Of a stretch of 24,944 nucleotides of DNA, positions 1 to 5,911 are shown piece after piece. A program made the position numbers and the translations under genes. The notes beneath the pieces are model-generated. The model saw only the letters and a program-made list of their open reading frames with translations. It had not been told where the DNA came from and did not search any database. Source of the DNA: Longivirga aurantiaca (lineage in GTDB: Bacteria; Actinomycetota; Actinomycetes; S36-B12; CAIYMF01); NCBI RefSeq assembly GCF_042660085.1, contig NZ_JBHSTI010000034.1:1-24944 (forward strand), in the 5' to 3' direction. Positions within the stretch are counted from its first letter, which is position 1, and each line of letters starts with the position of its first letter.

Positions 1-997
1 AGAGGAACGCCGCGAACGCACCGGCGGCGACGAGCGCGGACAGCGCCTGACCGGGCCATCCCTCGAAGACGAGAGCCGGCAGCCGCAGCACGATCGTGTC
101 GGCCTGGTCGGTGCCCGCGAGCTCGGGGGCGTACACGCGGCCGAGCGCCCCGAGCACCGGCGGGAACACGTAGAACATGCTCAGCAGACCGAGCACCGCG
201 AGCGTCGTGCGACGAGCGGCCCGGCCGTCGGGGTTCGTGTAGAAGCGCACGAGCACGTGCGGCAGGCCCATCGTGCCGAGGAAGGTCGCGAGCAGGATCG
301 AGTACGTCGAGTAGAGCGGGTACTCCCGGCCGCCGTACCCGGACAGCGGCTCGCCCCAGCCGCCGTCGGTGAAGACGGGCGCGCCGTCGCCGTACCAGGC
401 GGCGACGATGAGGACGGCCGGGAGCGCGATCGCGACGAGCTTGAGCCAGTACTGGAACGCCTGCACGACCGTGATCGAGCGCATCCCGCCGGTGGCGACC
501 GTGATGCCGACGACCACGGCGACCACGAGCGAGCCTGCCCACTGCGGCGCGCCGGTGAGCGCCTGCAGCGTGATCCCCGCCCCCTGCAGCTGGGGCAGCA
601 GGTAGAGCCAGCCGATGAGGACGACGAGGGCGGACGACGTGAGCCGCACCTTCTGCGAGCGCGTGCGCATCTCGGCGAAGTCCGGCAGCGTGTACGCGCC
701 CGAGCGGCGCAGGGGTGCTGCGACGAGGATCAGCAGCACGAGATAGCCGACGGTGTAGCCGACGGGGAACCACAGCATGTCGACGCCGTACGTCAGCACG
801 AGCCCGGCGATGCCGAGGAAGGACGCCGCTGAGAGGTACTCGCCGCCGATCGCCGATGCGTTGAGCAGCGGGCTCACCGAGCGCGACGCGACGAGGAAGT
901 CCGAGGTCGTCCGCGACACGCGGACGCCGAAGAGGCCGATTCCCACCGTCGCGACGACGACGACGACGATCGCGACGACCGGCCACCACGACGTCAC
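1..997 (-). CDS. actP: Sodium:solute symporter family cation/acetate (monocarboxylate) permease. The N-terminal 332 codons are in the window and the gene continues past the left edge.
   Basis: Absent from the ORF track because it is open at the window edge. My reverse-strand translation from GTG at 997 reads VTSWWPVVAIVVVVVATVGIGLFGVRVSRTTSDFLVASRSVSPLLNASAIGGEYLSAASFLGIAGL...GGMRSITVVQAFQYWLKL...GLPHVLVRFYTNPDG, which is typical of SSS/ActP permeases. It starts 4 nt after a DUF485 gene, as in yjcH-actP pairs. Confidence 0.85.
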   Translation of the reverse strand, partial: MTSWWPVVAIVVVVVATVGIGLFGVRVSRTTSDFLVASRSVSPLLNASAIGGEYLSAASFLGIAGLVLTYGVDMLWFPVGYTVGYLVLLILVAAPLRRSGAYTLPDFAEMRTRSQKVRLTSSALVVLIGWLYLLPQLQGAGITLQALTGAPQWAGSLVVAVVVGITVATGGMRSITVVQAFQYWLKLVAIALPAVLIVAAWYGDGAPVFTDGGWGEPLSGYGGREYPLYSTYSILLATFLGTMGLPHVLVRFYTNPDGRAARRTTLAVLGLLSMFYVFPPVLGALGRVYAPELAGTDQADTIVLRLPALVFEGWPGQALSALVAAGAFAAFL

Positions 998-1001
998 GGC
1001 G

Positions 1002-1379
1002 TCAGGACCTCTCGACGAGGTCGACGAACTCGGACTCGGTGCGCTCCGCCGCCCGCACGTACCACCACGCTGCACCGCAGATCCCCGGGAACACCAGCAG
1101 CCCCAGCACGATCCAGCCCAGCGACAGGCCGCCGAGGCGGAGGTCGCGCAGAGCCGGGAAGGCCAGGAACAGCACGGGGATCCCGCCGAGGACCACGACG
1201 AGCCCGGCACCCACCAGGACCGCGAGCCGGAGCTGCGCGCGTCGCAGCGACGTGATCATCGTGACGCCCAGCGGCGTCTGCTCGCGCACGTCGCCGCGCA
1301 CGCCGCGTCGTGCGCTGCCCCGCGCCGCGGCCGTCCGTGGATGCGTGACCGTCACGCGCTTGGCAGGTCGGTCCTCCAC
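1002..1379 (-). CDS. DUF485 (YjcH-like) small two-TM membrane protein that accompanies acetate permeases
   Basis: The track ORF has two hydrophobic helices and the C-terminal tail WWYVRAAERTESEFVDLVERS, which resembles the YjcH tail (IWRANGEFDRL). It sits immediately upstream of the symporter. The start is uncertain: GTG at 1379, or a later in-frame GTG/ATG such as MITSLRR. Confidence 0.65.
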   Translation of the reverse strand: MEDRPAKRVTVTHPRTAAARGSARRGVRGDVREQTPLGVTMITSLRRAQLRLAVLVGAGLVVVLGGIPVLFLAFPALRDLRLGGLSLGWIVLGLLVFPGICGAAWWYVRAAERTESEFVDLVERS

Positions 1380-1380
1380 G

Positions 1381-2151
1381 TCAGCGTCCCGGGCGTGCGC
1401 TGCGGACGAGCCGGTCGCGCAGCTCGCGCGTGTGCCGGCGGGACACCTGCAGCACCGCGTCGCCCACGCGCACGCTCACGCGGCCGCCGTCGGTGCGCAC
1501 CTCGTCGATCGCGTCCAGCGGCACCAGCCAGCGGCGGTGGATGCGCACGAAGCCGGCCGACGCCCACTGCTCCTCGAGCAGCGCGAGCGACACCCGCACG
1601 AGGTGCCGGCCGTCCTCGGTCACGAGCCGCGCGTAGTCGCCGTGCGCCTCGACGTACCGCACGTCGGACCGCTTCACGAAGCGGGTGACGCCGCCGAGCT
1701 CGACCGCGATGGTCTCGTCGTCGTCGGCCTCCGCGCCTGCCGCCGCGGGAGGGGCGACGCGTCCCCGTGCCTCGAGCACTCGGCCTACCGCCTCGGCCAG
1801 GCGCTCGTCGCGCACCGGCTTCATGAGGTAGTCGACCGCGCGCAGGTCGAACGCCTCGAGCGCGTGCTGGTCGTACGCCGACACGAACACGACCGCGGGC
1901 GGCGAGGCGAAGCGCCGCAGCACGCGCGCGAGGTCGAGCCCGTCGAGCCCGGGCATGCGGATGTCGACGAAGAGCGCGTCGTACGGCGTGTCCTCGAGCA
2001 TGCGCAGCGCCTCGGCGCCATCGCCCGCCGTCTGCACCTCGCTCACGCGCTCGTCGCGTCCGAGGAGGTACGCGAGCTCGGCGCGGGCCGGCGCCTCGTC
2101 GTCGACGGCGAGCACGCGCAGACCGGCCGGCGGTGCGGCGTCGTCGCTCAT
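1381..2151 (-). CDS. LytR/AlgR-family response regulator (receiver plus LytTR DNA-binding domain)
   Basis: Receiver motifs LRVLAVDDE, DALFVDIRMPGLDG and YLMKP. The C-terminal LytTR-like segment is RYVEAHGDYARLVT...FVRIHRRWLV. Its ATG overlaps the kinase stop codon (ATGA at 2148-2151). Confidence 0.9.
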   Translation of the reverse strand: MSDDAAPPAGLRVLAVDDEAPARAELAYLLGRDERVSEVQTAGDGAEALRMLEDTPYDALFVDIRMPGLDGLDLARVLRRFASPPAVVFVSAYDQHALEAFDLRAVDYLMKPVRDERLAEAVGRVLEARGRVAPPAAAGAEADDDETIAVELGGVTRFVKRSDVRYVEAHGDYARLVTEDGRHLVRVSLALLEEQWASAGFVRIHRRWLVPLDAIDEVRTDGGRVSVRVGDAVLQVSRRHTRELRDRLVRSARPGR

Positions 2152-3296
2152 GCGTGGACTCCTGGGGTGAACTTCGGGACCCGCATCGAGACCTTCGTCC
2201 CGAGACCGGGCCCAGTCTCGACCACGAGGCCGTACTCGTCACCGAAGACGGTCCGCATCCGCTCGTCGACGTTGCCGACGCCGATGGAGTCGCTGTCGCC
2301 CTCGCCCGTCATCGCGAGCCGGATCTGCTCGGGGTCGGCGCCGATGCCGTCGTCCTCCACCGTGATGAGGCACTCGCTGCCGGCGTCCTCGGCGAGGATC
2401 GTGATGTGCCCGGGCCCCGCCTTGCCCTCGAGCCCGTGCCGGACGGCGTTCTCCACGATCGGCTGCAGGCAGAGGTACGGCACAGCCACCGGGAGCACCT
2501 CGGGCGCGACCCGCACAGTGACCTGCAGCCGGTCGCCGAAGCGGGCGCGCTCGAGCGTGAGGTAGCGGTCGATCGAGCGCAGCTCCTCCGCCAGCGTGGT
2601 GAAGTCGCCGTGCCGGCGGAACGAGTACCGCGTGAAGTCGGCGAACTCGAGCAGGAGCTCGCGCGCGTGCTCTGGGTCAGTCCGCACGTACGACGCGATC
2701 GCGGTGAGCGCGTTGTAGATGAAGTGTGGCGAGATCTGCGCCCGCAGCGCGCGCACCTCCGCCTCCGCGAGCCGGGCGCGCGACGCGTCGAGCTCCGCCA
2801 GCTCGAGCTGCGACGACACCCAGCGCGCCACCTCCGTCGTCGCGCGCACGAGGTTGGCCGTGGCGTCGTCGGTCACAGCCACCAAGGCTCCGACGACGCG
2901 ATCCTCGACCACCAGAGGTGCCACCACCGCGACGTGCCCGAGAGCCCCGACGTCGCGAGTGACCGCAGCCCTGCCGCTCGCGAGCACCGTGGCCACGGCG
3001 TCCATCCCGAGGCCCTCGGCCACCGCGCCGTCGGTCGCGAGCACGCGGTCGGTGTCGGTGATCGCGAAGCCCTCGGACCCGAGCAGTGCGTGCAGGTGCC
3101 GGGCCGCGCTCTCGGCGGCGTCCTCGGTGAGGCCCTCCCGCAGCGCCGGGGCGGCCTGCGACGCGCGGTTGAGCGTGGCGTACGTCGCCTTGTCGGCCTC
3201 GCTGCCGAGGTCGCCGCGGCGCAGCACGCGCAGCGCAGCCACGGCGACGGCGACCAGCACCACCGCCACGACGACCGCGACCACGACCGGGGGCAC
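2148..3296 (-). CDS. LytS-type sensor histidine kinase (one N-terminal TM helix, sensor domain, His_kinase H-box, HATPase)
   Basis: H-box QISPHFIYNALTAIA. ATPase motifs QPIVENAVRHG, DDGIGADP and GVGNVDERM. I place the start at GTG 3296 (VPPVVVAVVVAVVLVAV, a TM helix) because a TANNNT box (TACGGT) lies exactly 6 nt upstream. The only other in-frame start is ATG 3401, inside the palindrome. The 642-aa track ORF (to 4076) is an artefactual extension. Confidence 0.85.
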   Translation of the reverse strand: MPPVVVAVVVAVVLVAVAVAALRVLRRGDLGSEADKATYATLNRASQAAPALREGLTEDAAESAARHLHALLGSEGFAITDTDRVLATDGAVAEGLGMDAVATVLASGRAAVTRDVGALGHVAVVAPLVVEDRVVGALVAVTDDATANLVRATTEVARWVSSQLELAELDASRARLAEAEVRALRAQISPHFIYNALTAIASYVRTDPEHARELLLEFADFTRYSFRRHGDFTTLAEELRSIDRYLTLERARFGDRLQVTVRVAPEVLPVAVPYLCLQPIVENAVRHGLEGKAGPGHITILAEDAGSECLITVEDDGIGADPEQIRLAMTGEGDSDSIGVGNVDERMRTVFGDEYGLVVETGPGLGTKVSMRVPKFTPGVHA

Positions 3297-3302
3297 GCGC
3301 CG

Positions 3303-3308
3303 ACCGTA
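3303..3308 (-). promoter_or_regulatory. Candidate -10 box TACGGT for a leaderless kinase transcript
   Basis: On the minus strand: TACGGT, then 6 nt (cggcgc), then GTG at 3296. This is the TANNNT-N6-start geometry typical of actinobacterial leaderless mRNAs. Confidence 0.35.
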
Positions 3309-3354
3309 GCGCCGCCCGCCCTCCCAGCCGCCCCTTCCAGCCCCCCGAACCCCG

Positions 3355-3416
3355 CGAGTTACTGCCCGAATGGTCGTTGAGCACCAGGCTTCAACGACCA
3401 TTCGGGCAGTAACTCG
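3355..3416. repeat. Perfect inverted repeat with 26-bp arms (CGAGTTACTGCCCGAATGGTCGTTGA) and a 10-nt spacer
   Basis: The left arm (3355-3380) is the exact reverse complement of the right arm (3391-3416). The arms are clearly more AT-rich than the flanks. It lies between the divergent kinase and Fic-like genes. Confidence 0.95.
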
Positions 3417-3450
3417 AAGCCCTCGCGGGTGGGGGAGGGCGGGTGGCACG

Positions 3451-3456
3451 TAGCGT
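3451..3456 (+). promoter_or_regulatory. Candidate -10 box TAGCGT for a leaderless transcript of the Fic-like gene
   Basis: TAGCGT, then 6 nt (ggcggg), then GTG at 3463. No convincing Shine-Dalgarno sequence. Confidence 0.35.
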
Positions 3457-3462
3457 GGCGGG

Positions 3463-4263
3463 GTGCCGACCGACGTCCTCGCCCCGCTGCTCGACCTCCC
3501 CGGGGTCGCCGACGCCGTGGCCTCCGCCCGGTCCGCGGTCGACGAGGTGCTGTGGGACCGCGGCGTACGTGCGCGGGCCGGCGAGGTGGTGGCCGCCTCC
3601 CGGATGCGCGGCGGCTGGGCATCGGCGGCCATCGACGGCGCGGAGGTGCGCCCCGACGCCCTCGTGTCCGGCGACGCGCTCGACGGCTCGCCCATGGGCC
3701 GCGTCGTCGGCGCGGCTCTCGCTGTCCAGGTCGAGACGCCGCTGCTCGTCGACACGTTCGGCCGCGCGCCCCTGCAGGCGCTGTCGCGGCTGCACGCCGT
3801 CGCCTCCGCGGGCTTCGTCGACGACGACCTCCGTGGCCGGCTCCGCACGAGCGACGACGCGGACGACCCGATGCGCCTCGGCGGGCTCCCGTCGTACGCC
3901 GAGGCCTCGCGCCGCACCACCCAGCTCGCCACGGTGCTCACCTCGCCGACCGAGGCCCCCGCGCTCGTCGTGGCTGCGATCGCGCACGGCGAGATCGCCG
4001 TGCTGCGGCCGTTCCCCTGGGGTTCAGGGCTTGTCGCCCGCGCGACCACCCGCCTGGTGCTCGCCGCCCGCGGCATCGACCCGGACGGCCTGACCGTCCC
4101 CGAGGCGGGCCTCTTCGCCGCCGGCCGTCCGGCGTACGCCGAGGCGCTGCGCGCCTACGCGTCCGGCACGCCCGAGGGAGTGGCACGGTGGATCGTGCTC
4201 CACGCCGAGACGGTGCGCGTCGGCGCCGCCGAGACCCGGCGGATCCTGGCCGACCTGGTCTGA
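3463..4263 (+). CDS. Conserved actinobacterial protein with a degenerate Fic-like core motif (often auto-annotated as oxidoreductase; as I recall, Rv3662c/SCO3559-like)
   Basis: 266-aa ORF with high GC3. The segment HGEIAVLRPFPWGSGLVARATTRL aligns to the Fic motif HPFxxGNGRxxR, with Arg in place of the catalytic His. Confidence 0.8.
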   Translation: MPTDVLAPLLDLPGVADAVASARSAVDEVLWDRGVRARAGEVVAASRMRGGWASAAIDGAEVRPDALVSGDALDGSPMGRVVGAALAVQVETPLLVDTFGRAPLQALSRLHAVASAGFVDDDLRGRLRTSDDADDPMRLGGLPSYAEASRRTTQLATVLTSPTEAPALVVAAIAHGEIAVLRPFPWGSGLVARATTRLVLAARGIDPDGLTVPEAGLFAAGRPAYAEALRAYASGTPEGVARWIVLHAETVRVGAAETRRILADLV

Positions 4264-4275
4264 CCCGGACAGCGA

Positions 4276-4304
4276 ACGACGCCCCTGCTAGCGAGAGGCG
4301 TCGT
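4276..4304. terminator. Stem-loop just after the Fic-like gene stop; possible factor-independent or bidirectional terminator
   Basis: ACGACGCC (4276-4283) pairs with GGCGTCGT (4297-4304) around a 13-nt loop. There is no U-tract, which is common in high-GC actinobacteria. Confidence 0.35.
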
Positions 4305-4642
4305 CGCCGCACGGCGCTCGGGCGATCAGTGCGCTGAAGTGTCCGTCGGGTCGGGTGCGGTGAGCCGCTCTCCCGGCCGTGACGCCCGTTACGTGGGTTG
4401 TCCGCAGCGTGGGTATCCCGGGTGGTGCCGTGCTCTGGTCGTGTCTCGGTCGCCTTTCGATCCGCTGGTCGGCCCCGTCGGCCGGCTCCCGTGGCTCTGG
4501 TGTACTCCCGTGTCAGGCCCGGTGGAAGACCCTGTGCCTCTTGACTTTCCGCCGATCCCGGAGTTCGTCCGATGATCGGGCGACCCGTCACTCTCCGGGT
4601 TCGGATGCCAGACTCAGCAGTGCCCACGCGATCTCGGCCCCC
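4305..4642. ncRNA. Candidate structured non-coding RNA locus (Ms1/6S-like by position); strand and ends not determined
   Basis: About 340 nt with no credible ORF: the track ORFs here have poor composition and no recognisable motifs. GC is visibly lower than in the flanks. Local hairpins occur at 4550-4582 and 4467-4487. An internal direct repeat is CCGTG(G)CTCTGGT at about 4428 and about 4489. The position beside the Rv3662c-like gene matches where Ms1-type RNAs are reported. Confidence 0.35.
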
Positions 4643-4670
4643 GCTCGAGCACGTCAGCTCGAGCACGTCA
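4643..4670. repeat. Perfect tandem duplication of the 14-mer GCTCGAGCACGTCA, which folds as an 8-bp stem with a 6-nt loop
   Basis: 4643-4656 equals 4657-4670. GCTCGAGC is self-complementary, so the two copies pair. The methyltransferase stop codon (4668-4670) lies inside the second copy, so this could be its terminator. Confidence 0.9.
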
Positions 4671-5351
4671 GAGAGTGCCGTCGGTGGGCTGGTTCACCCG
4701 CGGACCTGTGGCGGCGAAGATGGCCATCGAACCGACCGCCTCCAGTTCCACGTCCTCGAACGATGCCTCGAGGATCTCGCGGAGGCCCTCCAGCGTGTCA
4801 CCAAGGTTGTCGAAGGTGCCTCGCCGGTTGTTCGTCCTGAGGACGGTGCGCGAAAGGCGCGTGCTGTGCCCGGAGTCCCCGAGGATCGTTGCACCGAAGA
4901 GGACGCCGGTGGGGGCGAGGACCGCTGCCACGTTGGCGATGGCGACAGCCTTGCGCGGGAGAGGCCCCGGCAGGCAATGGAGCACGCCGCTGAGCGCAGC
5001 AGAGTCGAACGGCCCGTGGACGGGAAGCGGCTTGCAGACATCCGCCTCTATCAGGGTGACGTCGTGTCCCTGGAGCCTCCGGGACGCAAACTCGAGGACG
5101 TTCCGGTTCGGGTCGAGGAGGGTGACGGCTTGGTGGTCGTGGATCCCGGCTCGGTCCAGGAAGTAGCCGGTGCCAGGGCCTACGTCGAGATGCCTGTCGC
5201 CGAGGTGTCGCCGGTACTCCTCCACCAGACGCGCGGGCGGGATGCGCCACACCACTGGCGCGAAGAAGCCGAGGACCAGCGAGTCGTAGATCGTGAGGAA
5301 GGGCCGGGTGTACTCACGCTGGCCCTTGTACGCGGCGTCGTCTCGGTCCAT
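4668..5351 (-). CDS. Class I SAM-dependent methyltransferase
   Basis: 227-aa ORF with motif I HLDVGPGTGYF and a Rossmann-like beta/alpha pattern. GAGG lies upstream of the ATG (gaggtgacATG). GC looks slightly lower than in neighbouring genes. Confidence 0.85.
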   Translation of the reverse strand: MDRDDAAYKGQREYTRPFLTIYDSLVLGFFAPVVWRIPPARLVEEYRRHLGDRHLDVGPGTGYFLDRAGIHDHQAVTLLDPNRNVLEFASRRLQGHDVTLIEADVCKPLPVHGPFDSAALSGVLHCLPGPLPRKAVAIANVAAVLAPTGVLFGATILGDSGHSTRLSRTVLRTNNRRGTFDNLGDTLEGLREILEASFEDVELEAVGSMAIFAATGPRVNQPTDGTL

Positions 5352-5478
5352 GTCACCTCATTGCGGCCACGGCGGAGGGATGGTTCCAACGTGCACTCGC
5401 GCAGATCGTTGGTCAAGGGGTGACGAAGCGTCGTTCGTTCCGGCTCGTCCGTGAGCGGACCGGCGTTCGCCACCGCTC

Positions 5479-5745
5479 GTGCCAGCATCGGCCACGTGCT
5501 GTGCTTCCCGGCGCTCCACCGACATAGTCGGCCACCTGGACTGCCCGTACTGCGACACCGAGATGACGTCCGGCGTGATCGTGGGTCGGTCCCCGGGCGT
5601 GACGTCCAAGAGCGAGCGGAGCGTCGCCGGCGACCTCGGCAGCACGCTTCTCATCGTCGGATCCTTCAACCACTCCGCTCCGGCGTACCGCAGCACCGGA
5701 TGCGGCACCGTCGTCGTTCCCGGACCGCAGAAGAGGGAGCGCTGA
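5479..5745 (+). CDS. Small zinc-ribbon-like hypothetical protein
   Basis: 88-aa ORF with high GC3 (about 86% by my count). It has an N-terminal knuckle CPYCDTEM followed by SGVIVG, and a C-terminal AYRSTGCGTVVV in which the first Cys of the second knuckle is replaced. The start codon is uncertain (GTG 5479 has no clear RBS). Confidence 0.35.
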   Translation: MPASATCCASRRSTDIVGHLDCPYCDTEMTSGVIVGRSPGVTSKSERSVAGDLGSTLLIVGSFNHSAPAYRSTGCGTVVVPGPQKRER

Positions 5746-5855
5746 CGCGACGCCTTGCCGATCGATCGCGCTGCGGGCTGAGCGACCCGGCGAGGACGTC
5801 ACGAGTCGGGCGCCATTGGGGGTCGGATCGCTTCGTATGCAGCGCATTTCGACCT

Positions 5856-5903
5856 CCAGGGCACGAGGCGGAGCGGCGGCAGATCGGTGCAGACGTGCCC
5901 TGG
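5856..5903. terminator. Inverted repeat CCAGGGCACG / CGTGCCCTGG with a 28-nt loop, 8 nt after the stop of the last paralog
   Basis: 10-bp perfect arms at 5856-5865 and 5894-5903. It lies between the convergent small ORF and paralog 4. The large loop and absent U-tract make it weak. Confidence 0.25.
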
Positions 5904-5911
5904 TGCGAAGG

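Noticed and set aside
3297-4076. N-terminal extension of the histidine kinase to 642 aa
   Set aside because: The extension is low-complexity, runs antisense through the Fic-like gene and crosses the palindrome. The kinase architecture is complete from GTG 3296, which also has leaderless-promoter geometry.
4511-4535. SRP-RNA-like GTCAGGCCCGGTGGAAGACC
   Set aside because: It only loosely resembles the domain IV GUCAGGUCCGGAAGGAAGCAGC, and no complementary strand forms the conserved helix.
4540-4556. RNase P RNA-like GGAAAGTC on the minus strand
   Set aside because: It matches only a fragment of the conserved GAGGAAAGUCCGGGC box. The other universally conserved RNase P regions (for example ACAGAACCCGGCUUA) were not found nearby.
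4596-4612. tRNA/tmRNA T-arm-like GGGTTCGGATGCC
   Set aside because: The flanking 5-nt segments are not complementary, so there is no T-stem, and no acceptor or anticodon arms could be built.
4643-4670. Possible CRISPR or minisatellite
   Set aside because: There are only two directly abutting 14-bp units, with no spacers and no cas genes.
5358-5847. Minus-strand ORFs of 116 and 144 aa opposite the zinc-ribbon ORF
   Set aside because: They have no motifs and poor composition, and they are antisense to the frame with the high GC3 and the CPYC knuckle.
4264-5911. Mobile genetic element or genomic island call for the lower-GC segment
   Set aside because: No integrase, transposase, tRNA attachment site or flanking direct repeats are visible. 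The compositional impression comes from reading by eye and was not computed.
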